The translations under genes and the position numbers were made by a program. A stretch of DNA of 63,595 bases, the filler included, from Octopus bimaculoides (taxonomy: Eukaryota): the NCBI RefSeq assembly GCF_001194135.2. It is 6 parts of 5 records of this genome, joined end to end, with 100 filler letters (N's around TTAATTAATTAA, not from the genome) between each part and the next. Parts side by side here need not be neighbours in the genome. Positions count along the whole stretch, not along the records: positions 1 to 26,705 come from NC_068984.1; 5 more parts are not named here. The stretch is one strand, 5' to 3'. Of this stretch, positions 1 to 13,211 are shown piece after piece. The notes below the pieces were generated by a model. It was not told the origin of the DNA, ran no database searches, and saw only the letters and a list, made by a program, of their open reading frames with translations. Position 1 is the stretch's first letter; each line of letters opens with the position of its first letter.

Positions 1-380
1 TGGGAGTCTCATGTTTAGGTGTCTTGTTGGGTAATCTATTGTTACCTTGATGCTCTGGTGTATTGTATTAGCTATATTCTGGATGTTTTCCATCACGATC
101 TTCTCGTTCTCTTCAGTCTGAATGTTTGATGGTGTTTTGACTACGATGTTAATGTCATCCACATATCTCCCGTATAGTTTGAGTGTTCTTCGAGAGTTGT
201 TTTCAGCTTTTTGTCCCACCAGGTCATGAATAGGCTTGCCACGTCTCCGGCCACACTGACACCAATAGCCGCTCCCTGGACCTGCATGTATAGTTTTTCA
301 TTGAATTTAACTATATGGTTCTGCAGGGTGGTCTTCAGACTTGCACCTACAGCATGTGCAACCATTTTTCGTGTTTGGAT
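1..380 (-). mobile_element. Penelope-like element reverse transcriptase remnant
   Basis: Minus translation KLYMQVQGAAIGVSVAGDVASLFM followed, after a frameshift, by YGRYVDDINIVV; matches PLE RT motifs YxQxxGxAMG and YxRYVDD. Confidence 0.75.
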
Positions 381-539
381 ATTATATATATATAAATCTA
401 CACACACACATACAAACACGAAATACATGCATGCGTACACACATAAATACACATCTCTTATAACTTAAACTCCTTGAGAATTCTTTTCTCCTTTCAGGTT
501 GTATAAATATCTAAATAAACGTCATAATCTGACCTGATA

Positions 540-1680
540 CCAGTTATTTGTCTGTCTCTGCTTTTATTCTATTGTACACACGCACGCAAGAAAAGGAGAA
601 ATGGGGAAAATGCTCAGAATATGGTCCCGTCTAAGGGAATTGCCGAAGAAATTAGTTGTGGGTTGGGACGAGTTTAATGAGACGGAAGAGTGTAGGAGGG
701 TAGAACTCTAGTTTAGTGTGGTTAGGGGGCAAAGGGGTGCTTGGTGTGATCGACCTGCAAAGGGAAGGCCACTACCAAGAATGAAAAGAGCTGGTCAAAA
801 TATTTAGATATGAGTAGGGTGAAAACTATGAGAAGACTGAGGGTGTTAACCTATGGATCTTAGGAAGGAAGTCGATGGTAAAGGTACATGGTGTGCAGTT
901 GATGGCTGTGGGATAAATATGGTAGAAATGACTTGGAAACGACTTGGTTGCAGTTACCAAAATCGGTGTTAGGGTGTAGCCATAGTGCTTCGGTCTTCTA
1001 GAGATCAGACAACTGCAAAACCACAGCACTGCTCTAGTTGACTGCGTTATGATGTCATTGAGGGTGCCAAAGCACGATGACTTCCGACTTGGATATGTTT
1101 AAATGTCTTATGAGGGTTTTTTAAAAGGTCCTGGTTTTAAGGATTACTCGAAAGGCCTAGCTGGAGGCCCAACCTTCCGAGTTCTTTTACAGGGCTTAGA
1201 AAAACTGAAGGACTGCTGCAGTAAGTATGTGAATCTGAGAGGGGAATATATTGAAGAAAATCATAATTAACTGATCCTCTTGTATTTTCTTTTACCCAAA
1301 GCGAGGAATTTTTCAGCACCCCTCGTAAACGCTTCCGGAAATCGAAGCAGCCCATTGCCTGACGGTACGAGTTGCTTAATAGATCAAGAATTTTAAACTA
1401 CTCCGGACTGAGCGTATAGTGGACAGGGTGTCGGCCGAAGTAAGTAAAACAATCAGGGCAGCTGGGCCCAATATGTCTCTTGTAAAAAAAAGGTATGCAA
1501 CCTGATGTAACGCAGTAACAACTTCTTTCGAAACTTGTTAAAACTTGGGTAAATGGTATGAAACGAAGACCTTAGCAAGGATCGAACGTCAGCTTCAAAG
1601 GATGCTAGGTCAAGTAGCACCGCAAGTGTATGTGACGGTGCAATGAAAGTGGTGACATAAATAGACGCCTGCATGTAAAC
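540..1680 (-). mobile_element. Degraded Penelope-like element, 5' ORF part, interrupted by a mariner fragment
   Basis: Minus translation contains FLPKIH (PLE RT LPKIHK motif, ~855-875) and an N-terminal-like LLLRYIRLHTFFLQ segment (~1480-1530); many stops and frameshifts. Confidence 0.55.
1150..1325 (+). mobile_element. mariner transposon 3' end
   Basis: Translates, with a frameshift, to LEAQPSEF..QGLEKLKDCCSKYVNLRGEYIEENHN* (mariner C-terminus), then TIR-like ...TTTTCAGCACCCCTCG and TA at 1326-1327. Confidence 0.75.
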
Positions 1681-1972
1681 TTAATATAGACTGTTACAGT
1701 ACTGTAGTTACTTGTGTGTATGTGTGTGTGTGTTTGTGAATGTATGAGAGTGTGGGTGCGGGTATGTAAATATGCAGCATGCTTGTGTGTATACCATCAT
1801 CATCATCATTATCATCATCACCACCATCATCATCATCATAATTTTACAAATACATTTCTATGCATTTATGCCTTGTGTTGATATATATATGTACATATGT
1901 TTGTATGTATGTGTGTGTGCATGCGTGTGTGTGTTTAAATGTGTGTATGCGTTTGTATATGTATATATATGT

Positions 1973-2115
<143 letters not shown>

Positions 2116-2559
2116 CATATATATATATGCATATAGGGGTACAGGACGTCATTAACTGTGCAAGCAACATGAAGTACGAAAACAAACGAGTTATATACGA
2201 AACAACGAGAGAAAAATAAATGGAAAACATGACAAGTAACACAGAGATTGACCCTTCATCTGTTGTCGGCTGTCTATCTACTAGTCATTTCGAACATTTA
2301 TTTATATTATTATTTAATTGAACGCCACGCATCCATTTCCAAATAAGTTTATATATATATGTGTGTGTGTGTGTGTGTAATGGGCATTCAAAAAAGTATG
2401 TATGTATAGAAATGTGTGAATGAAGTCTTTAAGGTTTAAGATTCAAATTAACGAAGTGCAAAATAATAATGTTTAGCAGTTCAAAACTGTGAGTAGTGAA
2501 ATGCAGAATTAGGTCGGCTGATCGAGAGAATCAAATATTGATCGTTTCGCTAAAATCTG

Positions 2560-3040
2560 CAGGTGGTACAGGTTATTTCCCTTGGGTTGTTTAAAGAAAA
2601 TATTAGTAATATGTAGTAGATAGAAGGATCTATTGGAAGGGCTTTACTATCGATTTTTTCAACAATCTAAGTATGTCACGAGGTTTCCAGACATGAGTTC
2701 TACTCACGTGTCAAATAAAGTATAAAAGTGATATTGTCTACAAAAATTAGAAATAGGATACACAAAAAATCAATATTCAAAGTAATCGAACATAAACAAT
2801 GAAATCGGTTATTTCCCTTGAGTGTTTAAAAAATATTGTACAGGTGCTATGGGTTATTTCCCTTGGGTGTTTTAAAAGAATAGTTATCGATTTTTTCAAC
2901 AATCTAAGTGTCACGAGATTTCCGGACATGAGTTTTACTCACGTGTCAAGTTTCATCAAAATCAATAAAACGATGTAGGAGGAGTTAGCTAACAACGCCA
3001 CAAACAAACATACATCGATTTTCCACATATGCAGTAGATA
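2560..3040 (+). repeat. Internally duplicated interspersed repeat, possibly a Helitron/Helentron-associated non-autonomous element
   Basis: GGTTATTTCCCTTG x3 (~2571, 2808, 2852); ~65-bp block duplicated (~2646-2713 and ~2884-2948); 3' end AAGTTTCATCAAAATC...CAAACAAACATAC resembles HINE/Lep1-type ends. Confidence 0.35.
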
Positions 3041-3342
3041 TATATATTACATAAACTTATATTCGCGTATATGTGTGTCTAAGTGTGTATGTTTGTCTGA
3101 AATTAGACAAAAACCCAAGTGAAGCTTAAGTGAAGCTTAAGTGAAGCTACACACATACACATACATATATTTCTGTTTATATATGTGCATGTGTGTGTGT
3201 GTACGTGTGTGTATCAGTTTGCGTTCACCTATGTGTGTATGTGTGTGTGTGTGTTTACGCGCGTGTGTGCCCATGCATGTTTGTATATATGTCAGTGTGT
3301 GTGTATGTGTGTATGTGTGTGTCAGTGTATGTCCACGCGCGC

Positions 3343-3395
<53 letters not shown>

Positions 3396-3401
3396 TCCTC
3401 C

Positions 3402-3438
3402 CTGACGAAGGTCTGCCATTAATTAAAGCAGTCCAGAA
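3402..3438 (+). ncRNA. Degenerate hammerhead-ribozyme-like motif
   Basis: CTGACGA-A-GGTCTGC...GCAGTCC-AGAA; stem II present with one mismatch, core 3' half and stems I/III decayed. Confidence 0.35.
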
Positions 3439-3975
3439 TTTTTTGTCTCCATCTATTGCTTCTATGTTATTTTTGTTTAAAACAGTCGACTCGCTTCACG
3501 AGACGCTCACGCTCTCTCTCCCCTCCCCTGCCTTTAGCTATGACCCGGACGCAAACATAACAAGATGACCTAACAAGCAATTACGCGAGTGCACAGTTAA
3601 TATCTTCATGGTGTTACATACTCTAAAGTGAATATAAAATTAAAAGAAACAGCCTCCGTATATTTGATATCATTGGTCTTGCATTTCCTTGCAAAGCGAT
3701 CCACTAAAGATTCTAATTGTTTTCTATTTAGTATATCCTGTCTCGTGAGAAATTTCAGGAAATGTCGTCTCGTTCTTATGAAAACCGAAACTTTGCCTCG
3801 TTAATTATTTTAATAGTCAATGCTAAAACGTTACCCATGTGCACTAGTGATGTTTATTAGGAATCTTAGTCGAAATCTAGCCGTGCACTTATTTGTGTGA
3901 AGGCGTGTTTGCACCCACATGCGTGTTATGCAACTATTTACGTACACACATGTACATCAAACCCCAACCCACCCA

Positions 3976-4039
<64 letters not shown>

Positions 4040-4638
4040 NNNNNNNNNNNNNNNNNNNNNNNNNNNNNNNNNNNNNNNNNNNNNNNNNNNNNNNNNNNNN
4101 NNNNNNNNNNNNNNNNNNNNNNNNNNNNNNNNNNNNNNNNNNNNNNNNNNNNNNNNNNNNNNNNNNNNNNNNNNNNNNNNNNNNNNNNNNNNNNNNNNNN
4201 NNNNNNNNNNNNNNNNNNNNNNNNNNNNNNNNNNNNNNNNNNNNNNNNNNNNNNNNNATATATATATATATATATATATACAAACTCAATATGTACTACT
4301 AATTATTACATACCCTTGAATAGATATATATCTTTAGATATTAGCATGATATATACGTGTATATATGTGTGTGTGTGTGTGTATGCATGCATGCATACAT
4401 ACAAACGCACAAACACATACACACATACAACCACACAAGCGCACGCACACGCATACACACTCACACACAAATGCATATACACACAAATTGATTGCAAAGC
4501 AGTGTCAATGAATAAATATTTCGATAAGAATTAAGATTCAACGTTTGAAAATCATGCATCTTCTTGCCACATATCCACACACTTAGTCCCCCATATAATG
4601 TGTGAGAGTCAGAAAAAGAGCGAGAAAGAGGGAGAGAA

Positions 4639-4711
<73 letters not shown>

Positions 4712-4863
4712 GAGAAAGGAAGAGAAAGAGACAGACAGATAGAGTTGTTCTGAAAACTATTATCATGCTTTTTTTTTTTTCATATTTTCAATTTATCAAT
4801 TCCCATTACTTTGTTTGGAAAATAACAGTCCTCAAATACATCAATATCTCTAAACATTCGCAA

Positions 4864-5077
4864 GGCGGCGAGCTGTCAGAATCGTGAGTACGGAGGGCAA
4901 AATACCTAGCAGCATTTCGTCCGTTCTTACGTTCTGGGTTCAAATTTCGCCGAGGTCGAATTTGCCTTTCATCTTTCCCGAGCCAATAAAATAAGTACCA
5001 GTTGAGTATTGGAATCGATGTAATCGACTTATCCTTCCTCTGAAATTGCTGGCCTTGTGCCAAAATTTGAAACCAAT
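4864..5077 (+). mobile_element. tRNA-derived SINE, family B (GGCGGCGAGCTGGCAGAATCG head)
   Basis: A/B-box-like head with GGTTCAAAT and conserved central GCCTTTCATCC...GATAAAATAAGTACCAG block; other copies at ~5800-5990(-), 11340-11430(-), 30885-31000(+), 42510-42600(-), 43605-43810(-), 61660-61785(-), 62885-63035(-). Confidence 0.85.
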
Positions 5078-5340
5078 ATAACTGGACATTCTTTCGTCTT
5101 CTTTTTGCTGGTGTGTGTTGCTGTCTTTTTTACTAGTTAAGACTAGTGTGATTGATGTAGGAAGTACCCACAGAATTTAAATATTTAACCGTTAGATTTA
5201 TGCATTGTCTGTCAAGGAATTTAATTTTGTCTGTGATTAGTGTTTGTTACCTTTGTGTATGTTTTAACATTATAATCAGCTTCCGTTTTAATCGTTTATT
5301 TTTCTGGAGTAACTACGTACAACATAAAAACTCTACTTAT

Positions 5341-5576
5341 TTCTTTATTTCTTTATTGCCCACAAGGGGCTAAACATAGAGGGAACAAACAAGGACAAAC
5401 AAATGGATTAAGTCGATTACATCGACCCCAGTGCATAACTGGTACTTAATTTATCGCCCCCGAAAGGATGAAAGGCAAAGTCGACCTTGGCGGAATTTGA
5501 ACTCGGAACGTAACGGCAGACGAAATACCGCCAAGCATTTCGCCCGGCGCGCTAACGATTCTGCTAGCTCGCCACC
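5341..5576 (-). mobile_element. tRNA-derived SINE, family B, near full length
   Basis: Reverse-complement homology to 4864-5077 over head and body, different tail. Confidence 0.85.
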
Positions 5577-6065
5577 CATAAAAACTCTACTTACTAATCT
5601 CCCACCATCACCACCACCACTACCAACATTTGGTTTTGTTTTGCGACCTACAATAAGTATTCCGTAGTAAAATTTATCATCAGTCGTAGGCGTAGGTTGT
5701 GTAATTGTGAAGTTCGTTTCCCACCCACATGGTTTTGAGTTCAGTCCCACTATGCGGTACCTTGGGCAAATGTCTTGGACTGACCAAAGCCTGTCGTATA
5801 TTCTTTTCTACTCTAGACACTAGGCCAGAAATTTCTGAGGAGAGGGGCCACTCTGTTAGATCGAACTGGTACTTAATTTATCGACCCTGAAAGGATGAAA
5901 GGCAAGGTCGACCTCGTGGAATTTGAACTCAGAACATAAAGACACGAAATACCGCTAAGCATTTCGCCCGGCGTGCTTAAGTTTCTGCAATTGCGCGCGC
6001 GCGCGTGTGCATTTATGTGTACGTGTATGTTTGTGTCTACCTCCTCCCCCATAGCTTGACAACCT

Positions 6066-6500
6066 GTGTTTAAGTCAGCGCTAGAAAGAAAACTACCATC
6101 TTTGGTTTCAAGGCGAAAGGTGTTCTTCCATCAAGATAATACTCGGCCACATAGAGCTAGCATGACATGCCAAAGGCTGGAGCAGTTTGAATGGGAAACG
6201 ATGCGCCACCTACCATATTTGTTGGACATTGCCCCATTTGGTTATCATTTATTCGAAGTCTTCAAAATCATTTGGACGGAGAAAATATGAATTCTGTAGA
6301 TGAAGTCAGAACAGTACTGGAGGTGTATTTTTCGTTACGGACAAGTGAATTTTGGAAAAGGGGCCTTGCAAGTCTACCAGATAGGTGGAAGAGCATTGTA
6401 GAAAATGAAGGAGAGATTAAAAAAGAACTTTATTTACCTTAATTTTGAAAAAAATAAGAGAAGTATAAATAAACCGAATTATTAACGGAATGACCCAATA
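6066..6500 (+). mobile_element. mariner transposase pseudogene, 3' half with TIR
   Basis: FFHQDNTRPH...HLPYLLDIAPFGYHLF/RSLQNHLDG...LPDRWKSIVENEGE (decayed HDNARPH and YSPDLAPSDY motifs), frameshift; ends GAATGACCCAATA then TA (6501-6502). Confidence 0.9.
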
Positions 6501-6913
6501 TATAAGCAAATGAATAATAACAGACGATGGATAAATGCCAGTTCAATACAGCTATTTCTTACACATTTATAATAGATGAATGAATATATTACATCATTGC
6601 AAAAAACTGTACTCATCAGATGGTAATCTGTAATGAAATAGCATTTATCCATCGTGTTATTATTCATTTGCTTAGATGCAACAAAGGGATTCACGATACA
6701 TCGAACACCCTAGAGTGTACCAGGCACCGTTTGATCAACATAACGTGTGCTTTGGTCCAACCCACCCAGGCGCTAAATACTTGTAGGATTTTTCTCTGTG
6801 TGCACAACCTGAATATTTTATGGGATATTTATTCGACTAAAGGTGGTGATCACAGGTTAACTCAACCTTACCTGGTACATATCATTCAAGTACCCGATTC
6901 TCTCAAGTATCCT

Positions 6914-6947
<34 letters not shown>

Positions 6948-7065
6948 AGAGGGAGACAAAGAGAAAGAGAGACATACCTGCATGTATATATATACATACA
7001 CGAGCGCTAACGCACACTCACTGACAATCAGAAAGACAGACAGATCGACAGATAAACAGACAGGT

Positions 7066-7453
7066 TGTTGTTGTTGGCACTCCGTCGCTTACGACGACGA
7101 GGGTTCCAGTTGATCCGATCAACGGAACAGCCTGCTCGTGAAATTAACGTGCAAGTGGCTGAGCACTCCACACACACGTGTACCCTTAACGTAGTTCTCG
7201 GGGATAATCAGCGTGACACAGAGTGACAAGGCTGGCCCTTTGAATTACAGGCACAACAGAAACGAGAAGTAAGAGTGAGAGAAAGTTGTGGTGAAAGCGT
7301 ACAGCAGGGTTCGCCACCATCCCCTGCCGGAGCTTCGTGGAGCTTTAGGTGTTTTCGCTCAATAAACACTCACAACGCCCGGTCTGGGAATCGAAACCGC
7401 GATCATATGACCGCGAGTCCGCTACCCTAACCACTGGGCCATTCCGCCTCCAC
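7066..7453 (-). mobile_element. Full-length tRNA-derived SINE, family C, RTE-like tail and (AAC)n end
   Basis: Head GTGGAGGCGGAATGGCCCAGTGG...GTTTCGATTCC; tail GACGGAGTGCCAACAACAAC; 12-bp TSD AAACAGACAGGT at 7054-7065 and 7454-7465. Partial copies ~40965-41225(-), 48040-48705(+), 50590-50755(+). Confidence 0.9.
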
Positions 7454-7639
7454 AAACAGACAGGTAGATAGGTAAAAAGAAATCTCTACTCAATATCATT
7501 TAAAATGTGTCTGTGTTGCACAGATCCATTTAGACTTTCTCATTTGTATGTATTTAGTTGTTGTTTTATTCTTATAGTATCCCTTTTCTCTCTGTACGCA
7601 TAATTTTTACTTTATACATTGTTGACTTCTCATATTTGG

Positions 7640-8140
7640 TTTCTTCAAGATCCACTGCAGCTCCTTTGTAATTATATTTAATTTTGTTATATTTATTCAT
7701 TTTGTACCATTTCGTCCCTCTTTCTGAGTAGAGTTCTGGGTTCTCAATCTAGCTTCTTCAGTTCACTTAATCTCCAATTTATTATGTTAATGTTTATAAA
7801 CTGGAAGTCTGTCGTACGTAAAAACTTATTTTTGACATTGAATTTGTTTATTTTTCATTTTTCTAGAATTTATTCTAATTTTTAAAATCATATTTTTATG
7901 ATGTATCTTATCAGTTTCATCTCCTCGTTAATTTGTAAATTGGTAAATTATTGTGATGCGTATTTCTTTTTTAATTTTCTTAATGTTAGCGGATAAATTG
8001 CAATTAATTGCAGTTTTAATTAATTTGCCTTGCTTTTTCAAATGGTTTTGGTGCATTTGACTCATTGATCAACATAATTTTCAGTTCATTTTCCGAATGG
8101 GTGTGGTCTCATGTGTGTATCATACATACACTTCATCTTT
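7640..8140 (-). mobile_element. Highly degraded non-LTR retrotransposon ORF2 fragment (R4-like)
   Basis: Minus translation IINWRLSELKKLD..RTLLRK resembles the WTxxELxxLDRKTRKLL region downstream of RT. Confidence 0.35.
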
Positions 8141-8543
8141 ATCGTTAATTTAGGAAGAAAGATAATTCTTTTCAACGCCCCCGAGTCTAGTGAAGAAGAA
8201 TGCATCTTCAAACTAAAGACCTGACCAAAATGCTTGCAACCGTGTAAGTTCGTCAGTAAAAGAAGCCCAGCGGCTAGATGCTAATGTTAAACCGAACGAT
8301 GGAGTACCATGCCGGTACTTGAAACCAGAATGCAGAGAGCCAGATCAAATGCCATAAAACATATCATCCGACTCTCTAACAGCTCTACCAGACTACCACC
8401 ATGGTGACATGTAGACTGAGGAGGATCTTGTAATGACCAGAGGATTGGATTTTATCTATTTTTTCTTTTATCTTGCAGTGTTATTGATATTTTCCATCTG
8501 ACATTGTGTGGTCAATACAGTCTTAATTTTGAACAAATTAATG

Positions 8544-8575
<32 letters not shown>

Positions 8576-10227
8576 TGTATGGCATGAGGTTTCTGGTTCA
8601 TAAACTGAAAATAGTAAACTGAGAATGAGAATTAGCGACATAGCTGAAATACTAACAGAATAAAGTTTTGAACTATTAATTCTTTTTTCTTTCCTTTTGT
8701 AAGACCAAGTAATTTAAATTTAATTGGTCTCATCACGCGCCATATTTCTAGGTTAATGATGATGCTGACCCACATCATTGAAACCATGGTAAAAAATGAA
8801 ATAGTTCTAACCTGAATCCGAAATTGAGCTGTGGAAATAAAATATTTTTTTATTTTCCTGTTTTGTACAACAATCGAAATATACAGTTACAAAAAAAGAA
8901 GAATTAATGTGATTTTGTGATGTTTATACCTATCTCAAGAACATTAATCCTGTAACTGAAAATGAGGTGGCTCCAATCGTGTATCAAACCTGAGTCAAGG
9001 TTTCTAATCACGGGAAGCATTCTTTCCCACTATGAAGTTTATGACAACCGGTCATATTGTAAAATATAGTCTGAGATAATTTGTGTTTTAGTAAATAATT
9101 TGGACAGGCTCGAATGCCTTTGATTAAATATGTCCTAAGTCAACCTTGGCGTCAACGTTGATCGAGTAAATACATGATCAAAGACATGTCAACAGCGCCC
9201 ATGCTGCCCGTTCCTCCAACACTGTGTAGTGTTAGAACCACGTTAGCAATATATAATATATTATTTCCTTTACTAGAGACGGTAAAGGATGTAATTTGAA
9301 AGAAATTTGACTGCTACCTCTGGGAGGTCGAGTGTTCACATGGACTCTCTTGTTTAGGCACACCATACTGGTACATTACGATAGAGATAACTCAATAGGT
9401 TACCAGAGAATGCTTACAGTACCTTGCTTAAAATAAAGTAAAATTGTAGTTCAGAGATATGGGTAGGCACCAGCATGGTTGTGTGGTTTAGAAGCTCAAT
9501 TTGTAATTATGTTTTTCGGGTTCAGTTTCACAGCACGACACTTTGGGCAAATGTTTACATAACTCCGAACCGATCAAAAGCCTTGTGAGTGAATTTAGTA
9601 GAACTCTGTGTGTGTGTGTGCGTGTGTGTGTGTGTGTGTGTGNNNNNNNNNNNNNNNNNNNNNNNNNNNNNNNNNNNNNNNNNNNNNNNNNNNNNNNNNN
9701 NNNNNNNNNNNNNNNNNNNNNNNNNNNNNNNNNNNNNNNNNNNNNNNNNNNNNNNNNNNNNNNNNNNNNNNNNNNNNNNNNNNNNNNNNNNNNNNNNNNN
9801 NNNNNNNNNNNNNNNNNNNNNNNNNNNNNNNNNNNNNNNNNNNNNNNNNNNNNNNNNNNNNNNNNNNNNNNNNNNNNNNNNNNNNNNNNNNNNNNNNNNN
9901 NNNNNNNNNTAATTATATAACAGCATGGTTAGAGGAAAAGAAAAACGAAAAACAAAAGTATTTTGGCTGCTTTGTCTTCGCACTGACAGTTTAGCACGCT
10001 TTGCTCACGTTCTGCCCACCATAGTTGCCTTCTATTACAACATGCTTTGGAGGAAATACCAAACTCCACCTAAAAGTGAGGGTCACTTACTACGACAACT
10101 TCCTCTTCCGAGTGGCCTTCAATGGATCCTTAAGTGGTCTCACATTTTTTTTCTTTTCTTTTTTCTTTGTGAATATTTTTACTTTACATTTTGCTAATGT
10201 TTCCTTTACTTTCTCCCTTTTCATTTA

Positions 10228-10266
10228 CTATTATTATCATCATCATCGTCGTCGTCGTCGTCGTCG

Positions 10267-10364
<98 letters not shown>

Positions 10365-10395
10365 GTCGTCGTCGTCGTCATCGTCGTCATCGTCG
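10228..10395. repeat. (CAT)n/(CGT)n trinucleotide microsatellite
   Basis: Direct reading; source of the poly-H/I/D/M pseudo-ORFs. Confidence 0.95.
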
Positions 10396-10601
10396 TTGTC
10401 ATGGTAGTTGTGGTTGTTATTCACGTGAATCAAAGAATTACATGCACATATGAACCCTGCTTTCATGTTGCTATCATGAAGAAGTGTGGGAGTGTCTATG
10501 GATAATCGGAATGTATCACAGAGGCGCCGTCGTGGCGTATGGTGTTCTTTGGGCATTTAAATCTGGTGAAGCCCGACACTCTCGAGATCTTATCACAGAG
10601 T

Positions 10602-10663
<62 letters not shown>

Positions 10664-12400
10664 GACACAAAGATATAGAGATAGACAGACAGGTTCTCTC
10701 TCTTTTTCTCTGTCACTCTCCCTCTCTCTCTCTCGCTCGCTCTCTCTCTCTCTCTCTCCCCTCTCTCTCTCTCTCTCTCTCTCCCCTCTCTCTCTCTCCT
10801 AGGTATGACTTTAAACTACATCCGGTAGTGAGGCTTTGATTCGGGAGTTCCAGAGTTTTGAGGAATGTGGACCTACCTCTTAACTACTGTTGTTCCCAGA
10901 TCTGCTCTGACCCAGAGTAGTAGCACCTGCCAGGAGCCCAGTTATGCGTTAATTAGCATATTAGGGTTTGCCTACCTATGCCTGTAAAAATTGAATCCTG
11001 CAGCCTCTGCGGAAGAAACCTTCATGGTTCAACGGAGGGGAAAGCGGCCGCAACAATGCATTAGAAATGCAGAGAGCAAAATGAAGCAAACAAGACATGT
11101 TGGCCTTCCACTGCATCCGTCTCCATCCCCAGTTTTCTTGACCTAATCTTGCCACTGCGCTGAAGATGGTCACAGGCGAGAGACTGAAGTTGATGGTGCG
11201 CATCTCTTTACTTTAAGCACTGTGTCACTGTGCAAGCCATCTATCATAGTTATCGATGACTAGATGGTCCTCGTCACTCCGACATTCGAACATGTCCATG
11301 TGCGTGTGTGCATGTGTGTGTATGTATGCGTGTGTGATAGACTGGTATTTATTTATCGACGTCGAAAGGATGAACGGCAAAGTTAACTTCGGCGGGATTT
11401 GAAGCCAGAGCTAGGACGAATACCGCAAAGGTATCTGTTATAATGTGGATCCTCGTCCACTTGTATGTTATTGTCGACACTAATATTCTTGTCGCCGCTA
11501 TTATGTTGTGGCGGTATTCTACGTCTTATTATCTTTGACTTGTCTATCGTGCTATCGCTGAGAGCTCCGCAAGACAGTGACTTTCAAACGTCGTATAACA
11601 CGTAACTGACACTGACTCCAACTGAGAATTCGTACAAGTCTACTATTATTGAGCTCCTACAACGACTGACTGTCTGACTTTATAGTGGCTTTTTCATACC
11701 ACTTTGTCACTTAGGAAGAGGAGTACCATTTTCACTACAATATCTCCCCTTTTAGTTTTTTTTTTCTTTGGGAAGCAAGTAATTATATTTTACCTTATTC
11801 ACCCCTTCTCCTATTTTAGTGCTTTTTTTTTTTTTTGAGGTGGTTTTTCGTCGTCATCGTCCTCGTCGTCATCGTATTGTTGGGGGTTGATATTTTTATT
11901 GTTGTTTAGCTCCAGCTACAGCCATCTGAGGCTCGACTTTCAGGTATCTAAGATTGCATTATCCAATGTGTTCTTTGGTTTTATAATATGGCGAGGTGTA
12001 ATTTGCGAGAGGTTTGCCTGTTACCGGCCACATAGTCGCTTGCCCGTGATGGTGAACGTGCTAGTAGCGACAATCTATTAACACCAGTCATAAATTATCA
12101 ACCTTCTGCAATGCAATGTCATACTTGGTTAAACCTGAGGGCTGCGACAGGCAGGAAACTTACATGTCTATAATTTTTCACTCTTCAGTTTTATCAGAGA
12201 ATGCTGTTTATTCACAGAAATATTGAACAAAGTAAAGTATATATTCTCTTTCTCACTCTCTCCCCCTCTCTCTCCCTCACTGTGTGTGTGTGTATATGTG
12301 CCTTTCATTTTCTCTCTTACTCTCTTCTTTCAGCCTTATTTGTCTCTGTATTCGTCGAAATGGTTCCCTTCCAGTAAACACACACGCACGCACACACACA

Positions 12401-12454
<54 letters not shown>

Positions 12455-12459
12455 TTAGA

Positions 12460-12491
<32 letters not shown>

Positions 12492-12844
12492 AAGAGAAAG
12501 TGAAAGAGAGAGAGAGAGGGAAAGAGAGAAAGAGCCGCTTGCGGCTTCTCACGTTCTGGGGAAATTGTGCTGTAACATGGGGATCCGTAACGCGAAGCCT
12601 ATTTTCCTCCTGACTTCCATGTTCTATCATATCTTTATTGAAATAAAAATACGGTCATTTTTATGCACAAAAATTAAGGTTTCATATATGTATGTCTGTT
12701 TGTATGTATGTATGCATGCATGCCTGTATGTATCGCGTACGTACATACGTACGTATGTATGTATGTATGTATGTATGTGTGTGCGTGAGTGTATGTATGT
12801 ATGTATTATTATTGGTAATTTGTCTCAAGTTTATTCATATTCCT

Positions 12845-13085
12845 GGCAGAATTTATGTGGATAGCGGATTACTACCTGTAACCTTAAGTATCCACTGTAA
12901 CCTTAAGTATCCACTAGCTTTCAATAGTCTTTCAAGTGCTTAAAACTCTCCTGATAATCTTTCCTGTCCACTAGAGACAAACTTTCTGTAGAAGCTCTAC
13001 AGAACACTCTATTCCAATCTCCTGCAACCATTTGTCTATATCATTACTTACAGTTCCCAATGCACCAATTATAACAGGCTCAACA
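12845..13085 (-). mobile_element. R4/Dong-type (RLE) LINE 3' end, copy 1
   Basis: KTVNVEPVIIGALGTV...LLQKVCL..GKIIRRVLST* with frameshifts; 19-bp tandem duplication CTGTAACCTTAAGTATCCA at 12876-12913. Confidence 0.7.
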
Positions 13086-13172
13086 TTTTACAGTTTTCAT
13101 ATTCTAAATTTTTGCAATTATTATTATTATTATTATTATTCAGTAGTTTTATTTTTATAACGNNNNNNNNNN

Positions 13173-13210
<38 letters not shown>

Positions 13211-13211
<1 letters not shown>

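Noticed and set aside
8150-8800. Chain of small plus-strand exons (donor CGT|GTAAGT ~8244, acceptor TTGCAG ~8479, exon LMMMLTHIIETM ~8752-8788)
   Set aside because: Splice-like sites are common in AT-rich DNA; joined peptides resemble nothing I recognise and the first segment has stops in all frames
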